DNA of 64,000 bases from Antechinus flavipes (Eukaryota). Below, piece by piece: positions 36,628 through 48,569 of the stretch; within the stretch, counting starts at the first letter, position 1, and every line of letters starts with the position of its first letter. The stretch is taken from contig NC_067399.1 in NCBI RefSeq assembly GCF_016432865.1, positions 49,290,001-49,354,000 on the forward strand. Reading direction: 5' to 3'. The notes beneath the pieces were generated by a model. It saw only the letters and a program-made list of their open reading frames with translations. It did no database searches and was not told the DNA's origin. The translations under genes and the position numbers were made by a program.

Positions 36628-39600
36628 CGGGAAGGAAGGAGGCGCTACCTTAGTCCCGCCGGTCCATGGAGGAGGATGGATCAGCCATCCCTGGGAGATC
36701 CCTGAAGACCTGCAGCCATCCACTCCTCCCCCCCACTTCTTCCTGGAGGGAGCCCAGCCACCCCTAGAGACAGAGCTGAGAGACCTCCACCTCCAAGGCC
36801 GAGCTTGCCCGTGGCAGGCAGCTGGAGAGCGCTCTCCTAGCTTTATTTATCTTCGAGTTCTCCTAACCTCTGTGTACCAGAAGCAGCAGAACATTTGGGA
36901 AATGGGCACAAACCTTTAAAAATGTGATTTCTGCCCTTCCTCTCTTAGGCTTTTTAGCTCCTCCTCGAATCTGCCCGCACCAGAGGCAACTAGTGACAAG
37001 ATTGGTGTCCCCAAACCAGCTTTCCCCAGAGCCCTGGGCATCTGCTTTCCCTTCTACAAGACTAGGGATGGGGAGGGGGCCTTCAACAGTCGGGGTACTC
37101 CTGAACCTCCCGAGATGAGCCCCTGGCTGCTTGCACTTGCTTCTGTGAATGCAGCTGTAGGCATTAAGTGAGGCAGCTAGAAAGTCTTCCTGTCGGTCCC
37201 CGGGCTGCCCCGGTGGCTGGTTCCCTTAGTCATTGCTGTGACCCTCTCCCCTACGTCAAGGCTGCCTCCCTAGCTCCCCGCTGTCCGGCTTGTCCTGAAA
37301 GAGCGGCTCTGTTTTTAATTGCTAACGTGGAGGCCAAAGGCCTTGAGGTTGGCGTGGCAAGCTCCATGCCCGTCCCCTCTGAGCGGGGCCCTGGGGGACA
37401 TTTCGCCCACCCCCAAGGTGGCTCCATCAGAGCCTAAGAGGTCGTGTGTCCTCAAGGAGGGCAGAGCTGGGGAGAACAAATGCTGAACAGGAGCACCCCC
37501 GAGCAGAGGAAAGGGTGAGGGGCCTATCTAAGAAAACTGAAGGAAGAAATGAGTCAGCAAGCTAGAGGGAAGGCCATACCCAACACCCAGCCGGGAGGGG
37601 CTCTCGACCCCCTGGACCAGGGTGAGCTCGGTGCGGAGGATGGGCTCCAAAGCAAGCAGTGGAGCTGGCACTGGCAAAGGGGCTGCCTTGCCTGCAGCCT
37701 GTGCCCATATCCATCTTGCCAACAGCTCTAAGCCCTGGATGCCCGACTAGAGCAGTGGTGGCCCTCCAAACTCAGGCTGTGAGGTGGTTTTCCAACCCCT
37801 TCCCAAGAGAAGAATCGCGAGGTCCTGGCCTGGGAAGTCCCAGCCTGAGCTGCTTTAGAGAGTGCTCTCAGAAAAGAGCAGGCCCAGAATCAAATGTCTG
37901 ATTATAGTCAGTGGACAGGAAGCTGCCACGTTCCTTAGAATCATCTCCTGCCCCTCTCCTCCACAGAGCCCGAATGCAAAGGGAAGGGAGTTCTTTGCAG
38001 ACCCCCAAGCTTTGGTGCTAGGCAGGGCGCACCCTGCTATGGGGAAGGGGGGCAGGCTTGGGAACATAGGGGGCTGCGCTTTCCAGGCTGAGCACAGCAG
38101 GACCGCTGTTGGGGTTTAACATTCACTGAGGACTCCTCGGTGAGATCTCTGGTGAGGGGCTGCGGCCCTCCTTGGAGATGGATTTCTTCTAAGAAACCAA
38201 GGAGCAGAGGGATGTAGGCTTCTGGGCTTTGGTTTTTTCCTCCCCTTGTGACTGGTTATACTAACACTGTATTGTAGTTCTTTATGGGGCCAGACTGTCC
38301 TAGAGCTCCTCCTAGAAAGGTCCGCGATTTTTAAGCTATTTTGAGATAGAAACAATTGTACTATATTTATTTATTTATTTGTTCAGTGTGCCTTGCTATC
38401 CCCTAGAATTCATCTGGGAGAGCCTGGGATGATTGCTCTCCGTGTCTTAGGGATGCTGAGGCTTATCTTAGGCTGCTCTCTCCCTTCCCCAGCCTCCCTC
38501 CCCTTCACAAAGGAAGCTCTCCAGGACCTCATGTTTCTCAGAGAGCCCCTGCTCGCACTCGTGGCCTGGGCCTTGCCAGTGGCGGAGCTGGTCTGGTTCT
38601 CTCCTGAGCCAGGACTCTCTCCTGGACCCAGGCTTTTCACTTCAAATTAGGGTCCCCCCCCTTGACTTTCCTTGTGTTCACTCCTAGGTCAATGTGAATC
38701 CTTTGATGTCCTATGGGCAAAAGCTAATTCCCTCCCATTCTCTTTGGAAAGGGCCCTGAAGGGGCCCTGGGTGGGACAGACTCCACCTTGACTTTGACCC
38801 CGTGTACCTGGACTGTGATAATGTGTCAGAAAGACAGGCCCGGAGGCTTGGGAAATAAACAGGTCACTACTAGCCTTGTTCCTGCCTGGCTCTTTGCTTT
38901 CCCACGTTGGTAGCCTTAGGGGTTTGTGTTTCTCCCAAAGTAACTCCTGCCACCCTGCTTCCTTTGCATGTAGATATGGTAATAGGCCTCGGAGTGGGGC
39001 TCTGGAGGAGGATGGGAAGAAGAGAATGCTTCATGTTGTACCTGTTCTCACTGGGAAACCCCAAGAAAATGTCCACGACTACCTGAACAAATTTTGAGGG
39101 CCCTTAAGGAACAGGGAGAGAGGCCACTTTGAAGGGATGGATACCACCTACCCTAGATCAATCCAGGAAGAGAGATTTAAGATTAGAGGTAGATAAGCAA
39201 TCTCGTGTTGGGAAATGGGTTATAAGTCTGGAGGTTCTTAGTCTAGAGTCTGTGGAGAGATTTCAGGGATTTTGTGAATTTGGAGGGGAAAAAAATTGCA
39301 TCTTTATTTTCATTAATATTTGGTTTGCTTTATAATGTTATATACTTTATTCATTTGATGGCATTCTTTTGAGAAATGGTATATAGGCTTCACATAGGCT
39401 TTGTGGAGCCAAAGACGTCCACAACAATAAAAAAAGAATTAGGAACCTTGAAAAGCTGAGGTAGAAGGCATCATGAACACATGAAGAGGGAGGAGACAGG
39501 AGAAAACCTGGTTCGTCACTCCAGAGGGAGAGAAATGTGCCTTTCAAGGACCCCAGCAACATCAAAAACTATTGGGATTTGGGAATAAAGTTTTTTCCTC

Positions 39601-42100
39601 TCGAGTCCCTTCCCCCAGGCCAGCTGCGGAGGGGCTCCTGCCTCTCTTTATAAGGGTAACAACTCTTGCTTTCTTGAATGACAGCTGGGAAAGGGCCAGT
39701 CCTTATTCTCCAAGCCAAAATCAGACCCTGGTCTATCCTCCAAGCTGTTCCCTACAGATCCAGCCCTTGGGGGTCTGCATACCTTCATTTATAGGAACCA
39801 GCCTCAGAGCAGACATGCTGGGGGTGCTGCTGAAGTGTTATGTTAGGGGGCCTTTGAGCCCTTTGTGTGAGGTACAAGGAGAAAAAAGTGTTCAGGGTTG
39901 GACTGCGGGGCTAGGATCTCAGCAGCTGTCTTAAGTCACATCCTCAGCCAACCACGTGGTCTGGGCCACCTGAGCTACACCTGAATCTCCGGAGGCCCCT
40001 AAGAATGGGGAGCCCACTCTGGTGTGGAGGAGGAGGAAAGAGTGAGTCTGGGGTTGCAAAGTGTGATAGACTTTGGAGGGTTGGGGAGAAGCCATGGAGC
40101 CCACAAATAAGGCAGCACGATGCCTGGGCTTGTTCTTAAAAACTTCATGGGATCACAAATTCGCTGTGGTCAGGCTTCTGAGAGTATCAGGCCATACGAC
40201 AGTTAATCAGAAATCATGGAAAGCATAAGCAGCATCTCATAAAAGGAGAAATGGGCCATATCCAGGTCATCGCCCCCTAAGGCCTAGGGCTCCCGTCTAG
40301 AGTCAAGAAGGCCCGTCTCCTCCTGAGACTAGCTCTTTCTCCCCAGCAGCTGCTGTCAGCCCGCAGGGGTCAAGAGTCCTAGATTTGAGAGCTTGAGTCT
40401 GGCAGTTAAAAAATATATATATCTCCAGATGTCCCCTTAAACCTTAGGGCCTTCCCTAAGGAGGAAAGACACATGTCAAGCCGTATCAGCCATACCCCAC
40501 TGCACCCCAGCTTCCCCACTGAGCCAAGTACAACAGGGAATTAGGAAGAAAGAGACCTGATTTCCAGCCTACTTGCACTCCCAGAGCTGGGGGAAGGGGG
40601 AGTGGGGCAGCAAAAAACAGCCAGGCGCTTTGAGATTGGAAGAAAGAGCCCTGAAAATGTGTCCCAGAAAGAGAGGGGGGAAGTGGGCAGTTTGAAATTT
40701 CCCACTAGAGAAGGGGTCAGGTTTGCACAGTGACTTTTGCCACCAAGAAGACTGTCCTGCTCCACCAGAATGAGGTGAGTGCCAAAAGGTAGAAAGATGG
40801 TCCCTGGGGAACCAAGGGGAGGCGGGTGAGCAGCAAAGCTCTGGATCCCGAAGTCGAGCTTCCTGCCTGACCTCCCTGGGAAGAGTCCTTTCTGTCACCA
40901 GCCCTGACCCAGGTCAGAAAGGGTGAGTCTTCGGCTCCCAAATCATAGAGTGACAGCTAGAAAAGATCTTGGAGGTTATATCTGATTGACTCTTACAAGT
41001 AAGGAAACAAGCACAAAGAAAAGACATTATTTGCCCAAAGTCATGCAGCAAATTATTGGAACTTGTATCCAATTCTCCTGAAATCTTTGTTCTTTCCACT
41101 GTGCTATAATGCTTCCAAGGGTCCCATCAGAGACATGTGAGCACATAAGAAGGGGAAAATCCTTCATCCCCAGTTCCTTTCTTGTGATATTCTACCGGTG
41201 CATTTTCTATTCTGCACTAAAAAAGGCTGCAAAGTGTCTGTTGGGCCAAGCAAATCTCCATGAGATAAAACCAGGCTCCAGGTTTCTGAAGGGCTCGACT
41301 TCCCCTCGCCTCAACAGTCGTATTTCACTGTGTTATATAATGACTAATCTTGGCCCCAGACAAGGGATGGAGACCCACTTGTGTCATTCACGGGAGAGGT
41401 GAAGGACTAGTGTGAAAGGTTGCATTTGCTGTCACCGGGCGAATCAACAAGTGTTTACCAGGTGCTTACGGTGTGCCAGGGACTGGCACATCCAGAAATG
41501 GTGGGGATGTAGAAATAAAAGGCACCCACAAAACTTCCAAAGGAAAGGAAGTAGAGATCCCCCTGGAAAGTCACTGGGCAAATGCCCTAACTGCCCCTCC
41601 CTCCCTCCCCTACGGGATGCTTTGAATTAGGACACAGCCGAGGAAAAGGTAAGTGAACTTTTAATGTCTGGAGGAGTCAAGAGTCATAGGTCCCTGATTG
41701 AACCCAATTGTCTTTTCCATCCTAGAGTGTGGAGTAAGCAAGTCTTCCTGGCAAGGGCCCATGGGTTGGGCCCAGAGTTCTGCCACTTGAGTCACTGCCC
41801 CATCATCTCCAGGCTGAGGCTTGGTCTGATGATCTAACCTGGCCCTTTGTGGCACTGCCAAGTTCCTGTAGCTCCACCAGACCTGGAGGGCCATCAAGAG
41901 GCGGGGAAACCGCCGGAGAACAATGGCTTTTGTTCCCATTTCCCTCTCCTCCCACAACTAGCTGGACACTCCAGTGGGGAGGGTAAATTCAGTGTGTGGA
42001 ATCTGTATGGAGGGAAAGTGAAAAAGGAGCAGTCTAAGGAGGAAATAGGACCAAAATATTCCTCCAATACATGAGCTGGCAACTAGGAAAATCAAATCAA

Positions 42101-42413
42101 GGCTGGTGCGGTAGCAAACACTTGTAGTCCCTACCGTTGGGGCTAGTGGATTGCTTGAGCACTGGAGTTCTGAGCTCCAGTGTAGTGGGTCGATGGGGTG
42201 TCCACACTAAATTACACATTAATGCGGCGAGCTCCGGGAAACGGGGTGTTCCCAGGCTGTCTAAGGAAGGTTGGGGGAATAGAACCAAGATGGGATTGAG
42301 CAGGTTGAGGCAATTCTACCAGTCGGAAAGGGGAAGCCAGTGGACAAGAGCTCCTGCACTTCCAGCCTGAGCAAGAGAGGGAGGCTCAGCCTTAAGAATA
42401 AAATAAAATAAAT
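42101..42413 (+). pseudogene. Near full-length 7SL (SRP RNA) retrocopy with A-rich tail
   Basis: Follows the 7SL sequence in order: ggctggtgcggtagc...cttgtagtccc...ggattgcttgagc...gggtgtccacactaa...cccaggctgtctaaggaagg...cacttccagcctgagcaa, then (AAAAT)n. Heavily diverged. Confidence 0.85.
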
Positions 42414-42589
42414 CGGTAAGTAGGGGCGGTTCAGTACGGGCCAAGTTTCTGTAGGCTCGACTTCTTCCCTTCCCCACAATAGTCCATCGGTATTTCACTG
42501 TATTATTATATAGTGACTAATCGTGGTCCCAGACAAGCGATGGAGACCCACACTTGCCTCATTTCACTAGAGGGGTGAAGGACTAGTGC

Positions 42590-42720
42590 ACTGGCCCTGA
42601 AGTCAAAAGGACCCGAGTTCTAAATCTGGCCTCAGACACTTAACACTTCCTGGCTGTGTGACCTGGGCAAGTCACTTAATCCCAGTTGCCTCAGCCAAAA
42701 ATAATAAATAATAAAAAAAT
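42590..42720 (+). mobile_element. WSINE1-like SINE (5'-truncated)
   Basis: gagttctaaatctggcctcagacacttaacac...gggcaagtcacttaatccc...gcctcagcc followed by an A-rich tail. Confidence 0.75.
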
Positions 42721-43404
42721 ATTTATTGAATATCTACTACATGCGGGCACGTGGGGGAGGAATATTAAAGGAATGATAATAATATACTATTGATGTTTCC
42801 AAAACCCTTTTTTTATCGCAACCCTTTGCAGTAAGTAACCTAAGTACTATTATTTCCACTTCATAGATCAGATAATTGAGGCCCAATGAGTCAAGTTGTC
42901 AAGAAGCATTTATTATATATTCATTTATTATTATTAAGCCAAGAATTATGCCTACTGTGTGCCAGACACTGAGCATTATGTCCTAGGAATCCAAAGAAAG
43001 GCAAATAAAACAAAAGCAGTCATTATCCCGAAGAAGCTCACGGCTAATGGGGGAGATGATAGGTAAATGGCTATATACAATGAAGAGTCATATAAAATAG
43101 ACTGGGGATAATCTTGAAGGGAATTCCAGTCTGTGGCTCTGTGTAGAGCTCTGATGTGGTTACTTAGATTAGACTTCAGGCCTTCTCACTCAAGCCTGAT
43201 TAGATGTCTTTTATCTCAAACTTGGCATTTCCCAACTTTATTCCCAGCTGTCCACACTCATTTCACATGCTTTCTCTCACTTGGCAACCTTTTGTAGTCT
43301 AGTTTTCAGCTAAAACTGCTCTGGATTAAAGCCAGTGGACTCCTGTAAGTTATTCTTCTTGACCTCAGCAGCATTTAGGTAATTAACCCATGCCCGTTTA
43401 ATTC

Positions 43405-43915
43405 TGTTTTCCAAAATATTCCTTATTATTGTTCTATAAGAAACGACCAGCAGGATGATTTCAGAGACGCCTGATGCTGAGTGAAATGAGCAGAACCAGG
43501 AGATCATTATACACGGCAACAACAAGACTATACGATGATCAATTCTGATGGACGTGGCTCTCTTCAACAATGAGATGATTCAGAGCAGTTCTAACTGTTT
43601 GGTGATGAAGAGAGTCATCTACACCCAGAGAAAGGACTGTGGGAACAGAGTGTGGACCACAACAAAGCATTCTCACTCGTTTTATTGTTTTTGGCTTGCA
43701 TTTTGTTTTCTTTCTCTCTTTTCTTCCTTTTTGATCTGATTTTTCTTGTGCAGCATGATGATTGTGGAAATATGTATAGAAGAATTATATATGCTTAACA
43801 TAAATTGGATTACTTGCTGTCTGGTGGAGGAAATGGAGGGAAGGGAGGGAGAAAAAAATTGGAACACAAGATTTTGCAAGGGTAAATATTGAAATATTGA
43901 AAACATGTGTTTTTA
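43405..43915 (+). mobile_element. LINE-1 3' fragment
   Basis: Contains ctgagtgaaatgagcagaaccaggagatcattatacac...aattctgatggacgtggctctcttcaacaatgag, the same family as the 27.6-28.4 kb copy. Confidence 0.85.
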
Positions 43916-43919
43916 AGTA

Positions 43920-45050
43920 TTCCTGGGTTTTCCTGACTGCTTTTCTGGTCTTTTTCCTACTTGTCCAACCATTCTTTCTTAGTCATCTCTGCTGGATCAC
44001 CCACCACCCAAGTTTGTATTTGTCCTTGACCCTCTTCTTTTCTGCTTCTGCACACTCTGTGATCTTATTGGTTTTCATGGGCTCCATTGTCATCTCCATG
44101 CAGAAGATTTCTAGATCTTTTACAGTCCAGCCCTAATTAGTCTCCTGAAATTCAGTCCCATGTGACTAATAGGCTGATGGACACTTTCACTTGGTCCCAA
44201 GAGACATCTCAAACTCAACATATCAAAAATGGAACTCATTACTTTCTTCCTAAATCTGCCATTTCTGCACTTCCTATTTTTATCGAGGAGACAGACCTCC
44301 AGGTTCACAGCCTAGAAATTATTCTTCACTTCCATTTTCACTTTTATATTCATTCATTTACTAAGGTTTTTTTTCTTTCAATTCTGCCTTTCTAGTGTCT
44401 GTTTGATCAATCCACAGTCATTTATTAAATGCCTGCTATTTAACAGTAGACCTTGGAGATACAAATTGCAAAGAATGAAACGATCCCCACTCAATAAGCT
44501 TATCTAGTCACTGGTTCTCAAGCCTTAATCACCTCTTCTCTGGACTATATTACATCAGCCTCCTTATTGAGATCCTGGCATCTGATCTCTCCCTCTTCCA
44601 ATCCACCATTCCCACAGCTGACAAAATAATCTTCCTACTTCACTGATCATGTCACTGGAAAGTTTCAGGAACTTCCAATGACTCCCTAGTGTCTCCCAGA
44701 TAAAATACAGACTTCCTAATTTGGCACTGAAAGCATTTCACAATCTGACTCCAGCCAACTTTTCTAGACGTTACATTTCCTGCACTCTATGGCCCAGTCA
44801 AGTTGGCCTATCAGCTGTTCTCTCATTTCAGCAATCCTAGCTCTATTTCTGGAATGCCCTCCTTACTTACTTTCCCTCTTACAATTCTGAGTTTCCTTTA
44901 AAGCCCAGCTCACATATTATCTCCTACAAGAAATCTTTCCTATCCCCCAAAATTGTTAAAGGGCTCTCGCCATCCTCAAATTATCTATTACATATGTCAA
45001 TATACCTATAGATATACCGATATGTTGATATGCTTCGCTCCTTGATTAGA
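43920..45050 (+). mobile_element. Old LINE-2 remnants
   Basis: Contains the L2-typical catctcaaactcaacatatcaaaaatggaactc; boundaries are approximate. Confidence 0.55.
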
Positions 45051-46439
45051 ATATATTATTATACCCATTTTGTGGATGAGAAGCTGACAGTCATGAGCAT
45101 AAGTGGAACTTGAGCTAAGTACTTTTGACTCTACTAAGACCAATGCTAGCTCTTTTTAAAATTAAATTTTAGTTTTGAAAACAACAAAAATCCATTTTTG
45201 CTCCCTCCCATATCCCTTGCTACAACTGAAAAAAAAAGAAAAAGACAAAGAAAACCCTTGTAACAAATATCTCTTGCAAAGCAAAACAAATTACTGTATT
45301 GGCCATGTCCAAAAAGTCTGTCTCAGTCAGCATCAAATGCAGATTGCAGACTCTGTCTCTGTCAGGAATGGGGTCTCATGTTTCATCATGTAGCCTTCTA
45401 GAATCATCATCATTGAAGACGAAGACAGAGAGTCCAACAAAAAAGATCACTGATGACTTTAGAGAAGGCAATTTCAGTTGAGTGACAAGGAACTTGGCAG
45501 AGAGATATCGGACAATGTCACGAGGGGATGGGAGAGCCCAGTGATGACTTCTAAGGATGGGGAGACGTGAGTGCATGTTGGCAGCAGAGACTGCTAGGTC
45601 AGAGAGAAATGATTGTTCAGGTAACTACTGGAAAGGAAAAGAAAGGATGAGATACAGAATGTATGTAAATGAGTCAGTGTTGGATTTCTTCATCAGAAGC
45701 TGGAGTAAGAGGGGAGAAATGGAAGAGGGGTGATGTCCCGCGATTATTCCATATAGAAAAGGGAAGAAGAAGCTCAAAGCAAAGGGCTTTTATTTTCTCA
45801 ACAAAGCAAGAGGCCAAGTGTTCAGTTGTGAGTATTAGAAGGAAGAAAAGAGAAGGTATGGGATGGTTACTATAGGAGACAATCAGGGAGAAGTAGAATG
45901 TAGCCTTGCTGTAGCTGAGAATTGAGATCTAAAAAAGAAATGTGCAGAGGATCTGATCACCATGGTTACACGTGGCTTATCCATCTCTATTCTTGAGCAT
46001 TTCAGGGGACAGGAAAATATTGGAAAGTTCCATTGTGACCTTGGCAAAATTCAAGGTCATCATTTTTGAAAACCGTGATTTGTTGTGAGAATCAAATGAG
46101 CTAACATGTGACACTAAAAGAATTACACTAATGTAAGGTTACTATTAGCAGATCTCCTATTCCTTCTGTTAAACTATCCCATGTACCTGCAAAGTTAGGT
46201 TTATTCTCTGTTCATTTATGTATGTTTTCCCCCAAATGTAAGCTCCTTGAGTACTGACTCACGGTTTTTTATTTGTATTCTCAGCACCTAGGACAGTGCC
46301 CAGTACATACTATGTGCCTGATAAATGTCCGTTTTATTTTATTTCCTTTTTTGTGCCCTATCCAGAGGTAAGATTCAGAAGTATCCACCCCAAAGAACCC
46401 TCAGTCAAGGATCAGAAGCAACTTGGAATCCATACAAAT

Positions 46440-46445
46440 TTTATT
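46440..46445 (-). terminator. Candidate polyA signal of the SDR-like gene
   Basis: AATAAA on the minus strand about 920 nt after the stop, followed by GU/U-rich sequence. Confidence 0.5.
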
Positions 46446-47367
46446 AAAAGAGAACAAAATGATTGGGAGAAATGGGTGAGGAGATAGGTTGGTGATAGTA
46501 TCTATCCCTAGCCTGGGGAAATACATCAGAGAAGTTGTCACTGGAAATGGCCCAGCCAAGAATCAGACCAGGCCGGTTATGTATTCTAGGTCACAGAAGG
46601 CATTGAGAGGATGGAGGATGGAGGGATGGGGGATGGGAAGGTGTTTGGTTTTAGATAAGGATGCCTTTCCAGGGGCTGATGGTGGAGGAATCATTCTCTG
46701 TGTTTCTCATCTTTTCAGTTGCTTTTACCCTGAATCTCTGACCTCTGGCTCCTTGGGATAGGAATCAGGGAGAGGAGCTAATACTCAGATGGCTGCAGAT
46801 GCTACTTCTTAGGAAATGCTCTGGTATTGTGTGAGTCTGGAGTAAGTTGGGGAACAAACCCCAGGCTTGTTTCTAGGTTCCTTCCTATCCTCCTATCCCC
46901 ACCCTCCCAGAAATTCCCTGGAGTCTCCATGAGTTCCAGACCCAAATGGCTGGGGACTTGAGAGTCAGCTTCTTCCACTGTGCATTCTCTCTTACCGAGA
47001 GCCAGGCCTGAAGCACCGGAGCCTTCCTCCCACACAGCCTAGTGCAACGGGCTTCAGGAATGGTAACATCCTCCATTGCGGCAGCTCTTGCCCTTTCCTG
47101 GGGTAGCAAGGTTCTGTGCTCCTTGTGAGAGTCATTCAGTTTCTTATCCCCCTCCAGGATTAAGGGCAGGTCTCACCTGGGGCCCCACCTGGAAGGGCTT
47201 TGGGTAATATGAGGAAGTGATACAGAAAACAGGAGGTTCACGACAGGGATGACCTAGGCTAAGGAGCTTTTTCAACCCTTGCAAGCTCCATTGAGAGGAG
47301 GAATGGGTCGGGGTGCTGACAGTGGCCAGCTGGATAGGGGTGCAGGTTTCCTGGGAGAAGGGAGGGG

Positions 47368-47757
47368 TCACAGCTTCCCCTCTGAGGTCAAGACCTGAAG
47401 ATCAGTGGGGGAGTCTACACACAGCACAGTGTGCGAGACGGCAAGCTTATCCACCAGGGAGGCCACGGCCTGGCCCACCTCCAGGTGGCTGACATAGCCA
47501 GGAGCCAGCGCTTCGGGGCGTGCAACCCCCATATTGATCTTCACCTGGAGGGTGGGCAGAAAGAGACATCGTCGGCCGCTCTCTTCCCCATTTAGGACAG
47601 AGGTCGATGGAAGATGGGGGGTTGGCCCATTTAAGGTTCAACTCAAGTATATCCTCCTATAAGAAGCTCCTCTCCAGGCAGCCTCCTCCATCCCTATTCT
47701 CTTTCGACTTTTCTGCATCTATATCTATATCTATATAGATATAGATATAGATTCACA

Positions 47758-47803
<46 letters not shown>

Positions 47804-48529
47804 CCTTCTTCCCTTCCATAGAAAGGGACAGCTTTGTAGGTTCCTGGCATCTGTCACTAAGCTTTTATTAACTACTTAGTGGTTTAAACTCACATGGGAA
47901 AGAACCGTCCTCTCTGAATATCTGCAGGAACTTCTGGCCAGGTCTTCCTACCTTGATTCTTGCCCTTCCAACCTTCCCTTCAAACCGACTGTCAGACTGA
48001 CTTTTCTTGTGTATGCAATGGGTCACGTATGTTTTAAAAGATCTTATCGCCTTCTGAATAAAGATCAAAATGTTTTTGCCTGATCTTACAAGCCTCTGCA
48101 ATTCCAGGCTTATTCAATATTATTTCTTTATGTGTCTGCTCCATACAGACTAGACAACATATCAATATATTCTGTCAGTTAACAAGCAACTATTAAATAT
48201 CTACTCTGGACAGGCCCTGCGTTCCATGCTATCCTCTATGTTTACACCTTCCCTTCTTCAAATGCTAAATGGAGATGTAGGTCACTTAATCCTGCTTGCC
48301 TCAGTTTCCTCATCAGGAAAATGAGTCGGAGAAGGGAATGGCAAACCACGCCAGTATCTCTGCCAAGAAAACCCCAAATGGGATTAGAGAGTCTGACATG
48401 ACTACAGTGACTAAACATTAATACACTAGAATAAAGCCATCGAGCCATTCGCCCCAAGGTAGGAAATGTGGAGAGCACAGGCAATAATATTGTCATATCA
48501 TCTGTACTTCCTGGTGTTCTTGGATGAAT

Positions 48530-48569
<40 letters not shown>

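Noticed and set aside
39900-42060. Possible further gene between VPS9D1 and the SDR-like gene
   Set aside because: The short ORFs show no recognisable motifs, and I could not assemble a phase-consistent exon chain.
46996-47097. Exon-like 102-nt segment on the minus strand (ccccag|GAAAGG...CTCTCG|gtaag), open in phase 0
   Set aside because: It lies downstream of the stop at 47368, in the presumed 3' UTR. There is no recognisable homology, no convincing upstream donor and no downstream exon. Only junction reads could rescue it.
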